Of a DNA stretch of 64,000 bases, positions 39,203-49,027 are shown one piece after another (position 1 is the stretch's first letter; every line of letters starts with the position of its first letter). Location: IMG/VR virus record IMGVR_UViG_3300044639_001144, one strand, 5' to 3'. The notes beneath the pieces were generated by a model, which searched no databases, was not told the DNA's origin, and worked only from the letters and a program-made list of their open reading frames with translations. The DNA comes from a virus. Made by a program: the position numbers and the translations under genes.

Positions 39203-40171
39203 TTACTTAATATTAAGTATTTTTATTGGGATTCTACGCTTATTAATGTTAACATCGCTTGAACAGTTACATATATTGTATGGACAGATAATAGATTCAG
39301 TTGGCCAGTGTATGAACTCAGGTGTATTAATGTTACCTATAATTCCTCCTGCCATACAGTTACCTCTTTTAACGTTACCTGTAGCTCCAATGAATAAGCT
39401 GCGTAATCCTACATCACACTCGTAGTCTTTAAAGTTTGTTTGTCCACGGTTAATATAATATACTTGATCTTTACTGTACCCTATTGTGCCATCATCAAAT
39501 ATGTATTCAGCTCCTAAGTTGAACCAGGGTTTATGTCTGTGTGGATTGTCTGCTCGTGGAAAACGTGGTTTGGCTGTATCCATCCATTCAATCTGTTCCT
39601 GTGTATATTTGTCGCTGCTGTTTTGTCGCCCCCACTCATACACTCGCACAACTTCTGCGCTATACCCATCATGTTCTAGTAGCTTGTTATATGCTTGGAT
39701 ACACTTATCCCAGTGACTACTTAGCATCATTACACGGGCCGATACACGGGTTACCTCCGCTGTTGCTAGGACATTGTTGAAGTATTGATCTGTTGAGAAT
39801 TCAGGATGATAGCTAAAGGATATCTGATTAATGTAAGGGCCGATTTCTTGCCAATACTCTTGACTTTTGTATGCGTTTGATGTTATAGTAATACTGTGCC
39901 CTGCGGTATGTATCAGTTTGACCAACTCTGGGAAGAATGGACTCATACTAGGTTCACCGCCCCCGATAGAGAAATGTAATTTAGGGTATCGTTGGAATAA
40001 TAAGTCTAAGAATCTTCTGGCATTGTCCCAATCGTAATTGTGATTAGAGCCATTGTGTGTTGAGGGTGGACAGTAAACACAACTGTTTGGGCAAATGTTG
40101 TTGACAATCCAAGTAATATGAGTTACACTTTCACTATGCTGTCTTACTACGTTTATTTTAGGTAATGCCAT
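39203..40171 (-). CDS. Radical SAM protein with a C-terminal Twitch/SPASM-like Cys cluster (paralog A1)
   Basis: CPNSCVYC (CxxxCxxC), GGGEP and C-terminal C..G...GNC...CPYNICNC. Confidence 0.9.
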   Translation of the reverse strand: MALPKINVVRQHSESVTHITWIVNNICPNSCVYCPPSTHNGSNHNYDWDNARRFLDLLFQRYPKLHFSIGGGEPSMSPFFPELVKLIHTAGHSITITSNAYKSQEYWQEIGPYINQISFSYHPEFSTDQYFNNVLATAEVTRVSARVMMLSSHWDKCIQAYNKLLEHDGYSAEVVRVYEWGRQNSSDKYTQEQIEWMDTAKPRFPRADNPHRHKPWFNLGAEYIFDDGTIGYSKDQVYYINRGQTNFKDYECDVGLRSLFIGATGNVKRGNCMAGGIIGNINTPEFIHWPTESIICPYNICNCSSDVNINKRRIPIKILNIK

Positions 40172-40713
40172 CACTTAACTCCAATTATCATATAACGTGT
40201 AAACTGTGAATCAGGATACACAAAGTCTAAACTATCGTAATAATCAATACTTGTTAGCGGATATTGGTCAATGAAATCATCCAATGTAGCAGAATGCACC
40301 ACATGATCGTCATGCGGCATATCATTGCCTTGAAGTATAACTCTAGTTCCCTTAGGAATGTTATCAAACCAATCCATAGAGTCAAAATGCTCTGTGCTAG
40401 TGTTAATTATTAAATCTGGGTTTCCAGGCAATTCTATATTACAATCTTTTGTATATGCTTTAAACTTCCATTCCTTAATAACCCAATTTTCATTTATCAT
40501 GTCAGCGATTGATTCACAAGTAGGATCTAAATCATAGCTTTCAATACGATCAACCATAAACTTTTCTCTACTTAACAGTAAGAATCCAGTTATACCATAC
40601 CATCCGGCATATATACGGGTAAGTTTACTATCCCATCCTAAATTTTCAAGTTCACGACATAGCCATAGCTTGCTATCCATTTGCCCATTTGAAAATGCGT
40701 CTTTGTTTATCAT
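40171..40713 (-). CDS. Class I SAM-dependent methyltransferase-like protein
   Basis: IYAGWYG glycine loop, acidic SYDLD, DLIINTSTEH and terminal RYMIIG strand. Confidence 0.55.
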   Translation of the reverse strand: MINKDAFSNGQMDSKLWLCRELENLGWDSKLTRIYAGWYGITGFLLLSREKFMVDRIESYDLDPTCESIADMINENWVIKEWKFKAYTKDCNIELPGNPDLIINTSTEHFDSMDWFDNIPKGTRVILQGNDMPHDDHVVHSATLDDFIDQYPLTSIDYYDSLDFVYPDSQFTRYMIIGVK

Positions 40714-41528
40714 AGATTTATTAAATTTTTATGTATGTAATGGCTATAATCCAAATACCCTTGGTTAACATATTCTAAATATTGCTCTTTAGAAGTTATT
40801 TTTTTAATCACATTAGTTTTAAATTTATCCATTGTAAAATGTTCTACAGATTGTGTGGTAATGGTTTCGTATATTAACTCAGCTAATATTTTTAAATTGG
40901 GAATAGTTAAATGATTAGCTCTAGGATCAAATTTAGTAAATTCCACAAAGTCCATATATTTATACCCTCCGATAATTTCTCTTGTTGTAATATCAGTAAA
41001 AAGTATTGGAGGTATTAGAAAATTGGCAGGGTGAACTATATTAGGAATATGGTGTTTCCATGGTTGATGTTTTAACATTATAAATGTAGCATTGGGTTTT
41101 GATCTTGCTACATTGCTTATTACATGTACATAACTTTCGAAGTTCATGGAAATTATATCAGGTGACGCATTAACCATCCACCATTCAATATGCTCTTTAC
41201 TTTTGTAGTACCAACTATTGTCAATATGTGGTCTTGTGTCGGGACCATGGCAATAACCTGCCGCTGTTTCTGGATGATTTGAAATTTGAAAATCAAAATG
41301 TAATCTCCCCTTAGTGCTAGGTATGTAAACCACAATATCATCATCTCCGATAACATTATTTTGAGCATCATTTACGAATTGTAGTGCAGCATATTCGGTA
41401 CTACCCCCTCCTACTGCTTTATTGATTAGTGGAATTTGTAACTTTTCTTTGAGCAGTACTGCCCATGTCTGCATTCCTGGATCATTGCTGACACCAAAAC
41501 TATCGCCATATATTCTTAATGTTTTCAT
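40710..41528 (-). CDS. SGNH/GDSL hydrolase-like protein (paralog B1)
   Basis: LRIYGDSF block I, NKAVGGGS block II and C-terminal DPRANHL. Likely ATG at 41528 with AGGTGA SD and TAAATA at 41552-41557. Confidence 0.6.
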   Translation of the reverse strand: MKTLRIYGDSFGVSNDPGMQTWAVLLKEKLQIPLINKAVGGGSTEYAALQFVNDAQNNVIGDDDIVVYIPSTKGRLHFDFQISNHPETAAGYCHGPDTRPHIDNSWYYKSKEHIEWWMVNASPDIISMNFESYVHVISNVARSKPNATFIMLKHQPWKHHIPNIVHPANFLIPPILFTDITTREIIGGYKYMDFVEFTKFDPRANHLTIPNLKILAELIYETITTQSVEHFTMDKFKTNVIKKITSKEQYLEYVNQGYLDYSHYIHKNLINL

Positions 41529-41617
41529 GTTATCACCTATCAATCACTGTATATTTAACCTAGAGTTGTAGTATAGTTTACTATCCGTTTGCTCGTTTGA
41601 AAATGCATACTTTGGTA

Positions 41618-42421
41618 TCATAACTGTGGCAAATTGTTTAATATTGCGTGTCTATAATACACATACTCTTGTGTAACATATTCTAAATATTGCTCTTTAG
41701 AAGTTATTTTTTTAATCACATTAGTTTTAAATTTATCCATTGTAAAATGTTCTACAGATTGTGTGATAATAGTTTCGTGTACTAGCTCAGTTAATATTTT
41801 TAAATTGGGAATAGTTAAATGATTGGACCTAGGGTCAGTTTTAGTAAATTCTACAAAGTCCGTATAATTATACCCTCCGATAATTTCATTAGAAGTTATG
41901 TTAGTAAATGATATAGGAGGAATTAAAAAATTGGCAGGGTGAACTATATTAGGAATATGATCCCATGGTTGGTGTTTTAACATTATAAACGTAGCATTGG
42001 GTTTTGATCTTGCTACATTGCTTATTACATGTACATAACTTTCAAAGTTCATAGAAATTACATCATGTGATGCATTAACCATCCACCATTCTATATGTTC
42101 TTTATTTTTATAGTACCAACTATTGTCATAATCTGGTCGTACATTGGGTTCATGACAGTAGTCTGCTGCTGTATCTGGCCGATTTGAAATTTGGAAATCA
42201 AAGTGCAATCTTCCTTTAGTACTGGGAATATAAATGACGATATCATCATCGCCGATAACATTCACATCGTTGACAAATTGTAACGAAGCATATTCTGTGC
42301 TGCCGCCATGTATAGCTTTATTGACTAGTGGGATTTGTAATTTTTCTTTAAGCATAGTAGGCCATGTCATAACCTGCATATTAGCACCGAAACTATCACC
42401 ATATACTCTTAATGTTTTCAT
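41618..42421 (-). CDS. SGNH/GDSL hydrolase-like protein (paralog B2)
   Basis: LRVYGDSF, NKAIHGGS and DPRSNHL; long stretches of DNA identical to B1. Confidence 0.6.
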   Translation of the reverse strand: MKTLRVYGDSFGANMQVMTWPTMLKEKLQIPLVNKAIHGGSTEYASLQFVNDVNVIGDDDIVIYIPSTKGRLHFDFQISNRPDTAADYCHEPNVRPDYDNSWYYKNKEHIEWWMVNASHDVISMNFESYVHVISNVARSKPNATFIMLKHQPWDHIPNIVHPANFLIPPISFTNITSNEIIGGYNYTDFVEFTKTDPRSNHLTIPNLKILTELVHETIITQSVEHFTMDKFKTNVIKKITSKEQYLEYVTQEYVYYRHAILNNLPQL

Positions 42422-43785
42422 TGCCTATCCGTTACTGTATATTCTACCCAATCGCCTAGTTGAGTGCTGCCATTTGTAATAGCAGTCGGGTATGCTGCAA
42501 ATATCGCATCTAAAAAGTCATTATATTTTTTGGTTATTTCTTCTAGTGTAAAATTTATCATAGTATAGTCAGTGGCAAATATGTTACTATAAAAAAAGAA
42601 CGGAGTGCCTCCTATAGTCTTAGACAACAAACTTTTAACTTCGTCAAGTTCAAATAAGTTGCATTTTACATACTCAACTTCACAGGTTTTAAATCTATTC
42701 CATAGTTCTTTGAATTTTTCTTCACTGCCAAAGTCAGAAAACAAAAGTTTTTGATTTTCTTCAATGCTGCCATTGATGTATTTGTAATATTGCTTAAAGT
42801 CATCTGACTGTTTTGCTAGATACTTTGGAAAATCATTGCCATCCCAAGTTTCTTTAAGTTTTTTGATCCAGTCAAGTGATTTTTCATGAAAGTCATAAAA
42901 CACAAATTTCACAGTATCATTTCCATTTAGTATATCAAGATATTTAAACCCTGATGCTGTGCCAAAGTACGTATCACACTTTTTATTACCATGAAAGTAA
43001 TATCGTTCACTGTTATATACCCAAATAGTAGGCGCAAGTTTGAATGTTTTTATCCATTTCTTTTGATTAGAGTTGGATACTAACTTTGTATTACGTTTTA
43101 TAAATGCTTCATATAGGTTATCTGTATCTGATTCAGGATAGATAAACAATCTACATTTACGCATTTCATCAGTAAAGTTGTCTATCTTAATACCATTGGC
43201 AAACGCAGCTTTTAGAAATCCATATCCTTGGCTAGTTCTAGTGCCTACTGTTGTGCCTTCAGAACCTTGCATCCAATATGGTGTATATCGATCATGAAAG
43301 TTCTCTTTTGAACGTATATAGTTAGGAAGTTCTTCTGTTACTGTATCCCACCCGCCAAATTTAGGAGATCCTATCTCTTTCCATTTGTTGATGTTAACAA
43401 ACATCATCTGATGATGTATTTCAACCCACCCGGAACCATTCTCACTTTGCCAATCCAATGTAAATGCCAACGTAAAAAAGTCTGGATTGTCTATACTATA
43501 CTGTTCAATTTGTTCCAGTAATACATTGCTTTTGATTAGATTACCAACTGATTGAATAAAGATTAAATCAAAATCTAAACTATCATTCATTGCATCATCA
43601 ATGTTGTTATAAAACATAACTTTACCTTCGACGATAGGAGTTATCATTCTTGAAGTCAGTGAGAAAGTTAAGTCACGAACTTTATTAAACAGTTCAGTGT
43701 GTTTTTCGGCCACTCTTGCTTCATCAACAACAGCAAATTTTACTTTTTTACCTTCAAAAAATCGTCTTGTGTATACTACATTCAT
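42418..43785 (-). CDS. Two-domain hypothetical enzyme; C-terminal half possibly Rossmann/methyltransferase-like
   Basis: 455-aa ORF with YFGTASGFK, FVFYDF and YSNIF motifs. Confidence 0.4.
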   Translation of the reverse strand: MNVVYTRRFFEGKKVKFAVVDEARVAEKHTELFNKVRDLTFSLTSRMITPIVEGKVMFYNNIDDAMNDSLDFDLIFIQSVGNLIKSNVLLEQIEQYSIDNPDFFTLAFTLDWQSENGSGWVEIHHQMMFVNINKWKEIGSPKFGGWDTVTEELPNYIRSKENFHDRYTPYWMQGSEGTTVGTRTSQGYGFLKAAFANGIKIDNFTDEMRKCRLFIYPESDTDNLYEAFIKRNTKLVSNSNQKKWIKTFKLAPTIWVYNSERYYFHGNKKCDTYFGTASGFKYLDILNGNDTVKFVFYDFHEKSLDWIKKLKETWDGNDFPKYLAKQSDDFKQYYKYINGSIEENQKLLFSDFGSEEKFKELWNRFKTCEVEYVKCNLFELDEVKSLLSKTIGGTPFFFYSNIFATDYTMINFTLEEITKKYNDFLDAIFAAYPTAITNGSTQLGDWVEYTVTDRQ

Positions 43786-44456
43786 AAACTGTAAAACCCT
43801 TTATCGTAATTTCCATGTACAATGACATGGTATCTAACTTCATTGCTGTTATTAATGACAATATGTTCAGTGCCAACATCTAACACTAATCCAGTACCAG
43901 GTTTAAATGGTACTATACCTTTATTCTTAAAAACAAAATGACATCCCTCTGGATTATTAATAGCAATATTTAATGGACTAAATGCTCTTTCAAATTTATT
44001 ATCACTATGTGGCATAATGTATCCACCTGGCGCAAGTCGCATAATACGTACACGATCAAATTCTGTAAATGGTAAACTACTTAAAAATTTGTATAAGTTA
44101 GGTACACGCTCACACGCATCGGTCCAATGATATCCAGCTTCTGTAGCATTTGTGAACCCATACTTAGTATAATGCTCGGTCTTGTGTTTGTCAATACCAT
44201 GTAGTGTCAAACTTTGCCACCCTTCGTGTCCGTACCCTTTTTTCTTGTCTTGTCCTCGATGATTGAAGTACAAGTCATCTACTGACTTACACTCGGTTAG
44301 TAATAATTCAGTATCAAAGTCAAACTTGATAGGATAATACACACATTCTGGATCATCATGTGATTCTTGAAAGTTAGTATATGTTGGATTTGCGAAGTCT
44401 TTGTTTTGATTATAAAACTCAAGTAGATCTGGCGGAAAATTTGGTTGTGTGTTCAT
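43782..44456 (-). CDS. Aspartyl/asparaginyl beta-hydroxylase-like 2OG-Fe(II) oxygenase
   Basis: RVRIMRLAPGGYIMPHSD (HxD), NIAINNP and H..IN.S...RYHVIVH. Confidence 0.8.
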   Translation of the reverse strand: MNTQPNFPPDLLEFYNQNKDFANPTYTNFQESHDDPECVYYPIKFDFDTELLLTECKSVDDLYFNHRGQDKKKGYGHEGWQSLTLHGIDKHKTEHYTKYGFTNATEAGYHWTDACERVPNLYKFLSSLPFTEFDRVRIMRLAPGGYIMPHSDNKFERAFSPLNIAINNPEGCHFVFKNKGIVPFKPGTGLVLDVGTEHIVINNSNEVRYHVIVHGNYDKGFYSL

Positions 44457-45289
44457 TTAAGATTATTTAATATATCATATCTATTTGGTATTAGCCCATT
44501 CGCTACATATTTTAAATATTGTTCTTTGGATGTAATTTTTTCAATAACATTAGTTTTAAATTTATCATATGTAATATTGTCGATTGATGAATTTTGAATT
44601 GATTCTACCAACAAATTAGCTAGTATAGTTAAATTAGGAATAGTTAAATGATTGGACCTAGGATCAATTTTAGTAAATTCAGTCCACCATTTATAATCAA
44701 AATTTTCTTCGTGTTTTATTCCTACTTCGGATTGATTAATATTCATAAGAAAGATATTGGCTCTTAAAAAATTTGTAGAAGTTATATTATCAAAAATGTT
44801 TTTTTTATACTTTCCGGGAAAAGTAGGCAAAACTATAACGGTACACGAAGGATTGCTAACAGCAAAATTTTTTAAAAGTTGTATATATGATTCATGTGTA
44901 ATTTCTTGCATACGTCGATTATGATTGACCATCCACCATTCAATATGATCTTTGTTTTTCCAATACCATTCTTGCGGAACATAGTGTTGTGGGACATGTA
45001 AATAAAGACTAGCTGTTTCTGGAGCTTCTGTTAATTGATAGGTGAAATACAATCTACCAGTCGAACTTGGTAAAAATATGATAATATCATTATCATCTAT
45101 GATATTATTTTCAACATCGTCTACAAATAATTTGATGGCATATTCTGTGCTACTACCAGATATAGCCTTATTTTTTACAGGAAGTCCTAATAAATTTCCA
45201 AGCATTACACCCCAACCTGAAGCAAGCGGAGGACGTCCAACATCTTCTCTTGCGGCAAAACTATCGCCGTATATTCTTAATGTTTTCAT
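44453..45289 (-). CDS. SGNH/GDSL hydrolase-like protein (paralog B3)
   Basis: MKTLRIYGDSF, NKAISGSS and DPRSNHL. Likely start at 45289 (ATGA overlap). Confidence 0.6.
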   Translation of the reverse strand: MKTLRIYGDSFAAREDVGRPPLASGWGVMLGNLLGLPVKNKAISGSSTEYAIKLFVDDVENNIIDDNDIIIFLPSSTGRLYFTYQLTEAPETASLYLHVPQHYVPQEWYWKNKDHIEWWMVNHNRRMQEITHESYIQLLKNFAVSNPSCTVIVLPTFPGKYKKNIFDNITSTNFLRANIFLMNINQSEVGIKHEENFDYKWWTEFTKIDPRSNHLTIPNLTILANLLVESIQNSSIDNITYDKFKTNVIEKITSKEQYLKYVANGLIPNRYDILNNLK

Positions 45290-46434
45290 ATACTTTTTAT
45301 TTCCCAAACTTTGTATTTTGGTACTGGTGATAGTTTATCCATATCAAAATAATCTACAATTTCTGGAAATACTTCTTTCCAATTTGATTTTCTATGTCTA
45401 TCGTGATAGTTAATATAATTGAGCATGTATTGGCACTTCTGTACATCAAATGGGCTCATTATTTTAGAAATTCTACTATCTTCACCATATTTTTGTTTAA
45501 TAACTTCTTGTAAGGCAGGGGGTATAGAGTTCATATTCATTTCTAGACCAACGACTGGATGCGGGTTAAGAAACCATTTTTCTATCTTAGTAGTATTATG
45601 TTTTCCAATAGCAAATTTCTTTGCCCATTCGGTATAGGTATCTATGTAAAACATGTTAAAAGGAGTGGCAGTAAAACTAAGATTTATCACTAAATTAGAA
45701 TGTTTTAATAAAAAATATTTTTCTAAATTAGCTTCGACTTGATGCCATTGTAATGGCCACCTTAAATAATTAAATTGTTCACCAATGGCATCAATACTAA
45801 CTGCTACATTTACATCTCCAAATTTTTTCCATAATTCTAGTGTTTCTTCACATGGAAACAAACTTCCATTTGTCACATATACAAGGTTTACATCCTTTGG
45901 ATTTTTAACTAATTTTAACATTCTTAGTTGTGTATTAGTTTTGAATGGTTCGCCACCAAAGAAATGTATTTGTTTTACTTTAGAAAAATCAATTATTTCA
46001 GTGACAGTATTAATACGGTCTTCGACAGTTGTATTCCATCTATAGGTTGGACTTTTAAGTTTGAGTGTTTTTGTTTCGTATTGCTGCCATGTAGTACTAT
46101 TCCAAGTCCCACACATTAAACAAGCGGCATTACAATCATCATCTAATTGCAATTCAATTTTAATAGGATCACCAATTGGATCGTTATTAGTGTATACTGA
46201 CGTATTAGTATTGGATATAGTTCTAGGAGAATCAGTTCCAGCTTTTTCTAAATCATAGCAATAGCTACACTCTGGAAGCCAGTCATCAACTTTGTTTAAA
46301 TTTAAAAAAGTTTCTTTAATTTTATCTATGTCAAGTATATTAACTTGCGTTTGTGGAGTATGCTTAATCCAGCAACATGGTTTTACATTATCATAGGTAA
46401 AATGATAGGTATTAGTTAAAAATTTACAAAACAT
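45286..46434 (-). CDS. Radical SAM protein with an N-terminal SPASM/Twitch-like Cys domain
   Basis: N-terminal C...KPCC...CSYC, core CNAACLMC, GGEP, TNG and SID motifs. Likely start MFCKF at 46434. Confidence 0.9.
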   Translation of the reverse strand: MFCKFLTNTYHFTYDNVKPCCWIKHTPQTQVNILDIDKIKETFLNLNKVDDWLPECSYCYDLEKAGTDSPRTISNTNTSVYTNNDPIGDPIKIELQLDDDCNAACLMCGTWNSTTWQQYETKTLKLKSPTYRWNTTVEDRINTVTEIIDFSKVKQIHFFGGEPFKTNTQLRMLKLVKNPKDVNLVYVTNGSLFPCEETLELWKKFGDVNVAVSIDAIGEQFNYLRWPLQWHQVEANLEKYFLLKHSNLVINLSFTATPFNMFYIDTYTEWAKKFAIGKHNTTKIEKWFLNPHPVVGLEMNMNSIPPALQEVIKQKYGEDSRISKIMSPFDVQKCQYMLNYINYHDRHRKSNWKEVFPEIVDYFDMDKLSPVPKYKVWEIKSI

Positions 46435-47374
46435 TATCAATCCTTTTATTGATAGAAACATCAGTGTCACAATGGCATAAATTTACATTACATTTAACAG
46501 GTTGTGTTACCCATGTGATATTTTCTGGATCATTAATAGATCCCAATGGACCTCCGACACAACAGTTACCGGCGAATACTACTCCATTGTAATCAATGTA
46601 AAGTGATTTTAATCCGATTTCGCAATCATATCCTTTAAAATGAGTTAACCCGCTATTAACTAAGTCTGTGGTATTGGCATTTTCTATACTTGTACCATCT
46701 TGGAAAAAATATGTAGCACCTAGTCCGGGTACATCTCTACGATTCAAATGCAACATCTTGCCTGTGTTGTCAGGTCTATTTTGTTCAAACCACATTTGTT
46801 GGGGAACATTATATACATGAGCACTTGAATCCATCCCACGTTTGTCCTGTATCATTACTGGTTCTATTGTAAATTTATCTATTTTAGATAACTTATTGTA
46901 TGCCGCCACACATTGTTCCCATTGTCCAGGCAGCATTAATATACGGACATTAGTTGGAATTAATTCTGCTACTGCTAATGTTTTTTCTAAAAAGTTTATA
47001 TCAACAAATTGCGAATGCCACGAAATTGATGCGTAATTTAGATACGGTGCTAACTCTTTCCAATACCTAACAGGTTTTGCTAGATTAGTTGTTACCCCGA
47101 TAGTATGCCCACGATCGTAAAACAGTTTACAAATTTCAGGAAAGAATGGACTGACGCTAGGCTCGCCTCCGCTGACACTACAATGTATTTTGGGATATTT
47201 TTTAAATAGCATTTCAAAAAATCTAAGGGCATTAGCCCATTCATAGTTATGATTTTTGCCCATATGTAAATTGGTTGCACAGTATGAACAATGGTTAGTA
47301 CATATATTATTAATGATCCATGTTAAATTTAGTGGAGCATTATTAGGTTGTTGTACCCTAATTATCTTATTCAT
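46424..47374 (-). CDS. Radical SAM protein with a C-terminal Twitch/SPASM-like domain (paralog A2)
   Basis: CTNHCSYC, SGGEP and C-terminal CEIG...GNCC...CNVNLCHC. Confidence 0.9.
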   Translation of the reverse strand: MNKIIRVQQPNNAPLNLTWIINNICTNHCSYCATNLHMGKNHNYEWANALRFFEMLFKKYPKIHCSVSGGEPSVSPFFPEICKLFYDRGHTIGVTTNLAKPVRYWKELAPYLNYASISWHSQFVDINFLEKTLAVAELIPTNVRILMLPGQWEQCVAAYNKLSKIDKFTIEPVMIQDKRGMDSSAHVYNVPQQMWFEQNRPDNTGKMLHLNRRDVPGLGATYFFQDGTSIENANTTDLVNSGLTHFKGYDCEIGLKSLYIDYNGVVFAGNCCVGGPLGSINDPENITWVTQPVKCNVNLCHCDTDVSINKRIDNVL

Positions 47375-48309
47375 TCAATCCACTTGTTAATGTTAACATC
47401 ACTCGAGCAACTACATAAATCAATATTACATTTGATATTATCAGTAGGCCACATAATTTTTTCAGGTTTATTAATGTTTCCAATTTTCCCACCGACTAAA
47501 CAATTGCCCAAGTATACTATTCCATTGGGCCTGACAAATAATGATTTTTTACCTATTTCACAAGTATATCCGTTAAAATTAGTATATCCACGATTGACCC
47601 AGTCACTAGCATTAGCTTTTTCTATGATAGTGCCATCATCAAAATAAAAGTCACTTATTATCTCAACGGGTTCATAATAAGGGACGTGTTTTAAAATGCG
47701 ATGATTTCCTTGATTATTATTAAACCATGCTAATTGTTCGTCGGTGTAGACCGATGATATAGGATCAGTATCATTATATGGCATAATTTTTACTGGTTCT
47801 GTTACAAACTCCCAACGGGCACTGAATTCATTGAACATCGAAATACATTCGTCCCACTTACTAGATAGCATCATTACACGAACAGTAACAGTTATTTGTC
47901 TAGCAGCAGCAACTACTTTTTCTAAAAAGTTTTTATCTGGAAATTCAGGATGCCATGAAAAACTAATGTAGTCTAAGTAAGGAGCAATATCTCGCCAATA
48001 ACTTGCCGGCTTAGCAGCGTTAGATGTACATCCAATCGAATGTCCTGCGTCATGAAATGTTTTACAAATCTCTGGGAAGAATGGACTTAAACTTGGTTCT
48101 CCACCACTGACACTACAATGTATTTTTGGATATCTCTTAAATAATATTTCAAAAAACCGTTTAGCATTCTCCCATTCATAATGATGATTCTTCCCTTCGT
48201 GTAAGTTAGGTGGGCAATAACTACAATGGTTAGTGCATATATTGTTAATCATCCATGTAAGATGCATAGGAGCATTATCCGGCTGCTGAATTCTAATTAT
48301 TTTGTTCAT
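47371..48309 (-). CDS. Radical SAM protein with a C-terminal Twitch/SPASM-like domain (paralog A3)
   Basis: CTNHCSYC, SGGEP and CEIG...GNC...CNIDLCSC. Confidence 0.9.
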   Translation of the reverse strand: MNKIIRIQQPDNAPMHLTWMINNICTNHCSYCPPNLHEGKNHHYEWENAKRFFEILFKRYPKIHCSVSGGEPSLSPFFPEICKTFHDAGHSIGCTSNAAKPASYWRDIAPYLDYISFSWHPEFPDKNFLEKVVAAARQITVTVRVMMLSSKWDECISMFNEFSARWEFVTEPVKIMPYNDTDPISSVYTDEQLAWFNNNQGNHRILKHVPYYEPVEIISDFYFDDGTIIEKANASDWVNRGYTNFNGYTCEIGKKSLFVRPNGIVYLGNCLVGGKIGNINKPEKIMWPTDNIKCNIDLCSCSSDVNINKWIE

Positions 48310-48400
48310 TGGTATCTATGTTAATTTAAGGTAGAATATATTATTCTAGTTGATTTGTAACACTATTTAGTGCCTATATTTTATGTCACTAAATACTTTT

Positions 48401-49027
48401 ATGATTATTTCCTTGCCCAGCATTGCCATTCTAATAGATTGTTGGAAAAGTCCCATAGAAAATAGCAGTTCAAAAAAATGTTTTAATAATATTATAAATT
48501 TCTTAGATACTACTGCAAGTATTACTACAGTAGTACTTGCGACTTACAATTGTAACACAGAACGATACACTCCCGACTCTATTTGGGCTGATAATAACAT
48601 GTCATTGTTTACAAATCCAATAAGAAAAAAAATTATTGATTTAAAATTAGCATTTGATTTGTTATATGCTAATAGTAATAACAATTTTAAATCAGAACAA
48701 ACAGATCCTATTATATGGAATTATCTAAACCCATCAAAATACCAAGTGGCTATGTATTGGTGGTGGGAGTTAGAATACTATTTGTTATTACATCCTGAAG
48801 TGAAAAATATATATTTTTTTGGAGCAGCATGGGAACAATGTGTTAGGAATCGTCCATTAGGATACAAATCTATATTAGAAGAAGGTACTGATCTTAATAT
48901 ACTAACTAATAAAAATTGTATTCTTTCTGAGAATCATAGTTCCCTTATAAATTTAAATACTAATACTGATTGGAAGTATCTTGGTAATGACATATATCAT
49001 TACCAACCTGCTCTACCCAGCGTCTAA
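48401..49027 (+). CDS. Isochorismatase/cysteine hydrolase-like protein
   Basis: AILIDCW and IYFFGAAWEQCVRNRPLG motifs. Start is likely 48401, 5 nt after TAAATA (48390-48395). Confidence 0.5.
   Translation: MIISLPSIAILIDCWKSPIENSSSKKCFNNIINFLDTTASITTVVLATYNCNTERYTPDSIWADNNMSLFTNPIRKKIIDLKLAFDLLYANSNNNFKSEQTDPIIWNYLNPSKYQVAMYWWWELEYYLLLHPEVKNIYFFGAAWEQCVRNRPLGYKSILEEGTDLNILTNKNCILSENHSSLINLNTNTDWKYLGNDIYHYQPALPSV

Noticed and set aside
40710-42421. Diversity-generating retroelement TR/VR pair
   Set aside because: Both copies lie within full-length paralogous genes, differences are not adenine-specific, and there is no reverse transcriptase in the window.
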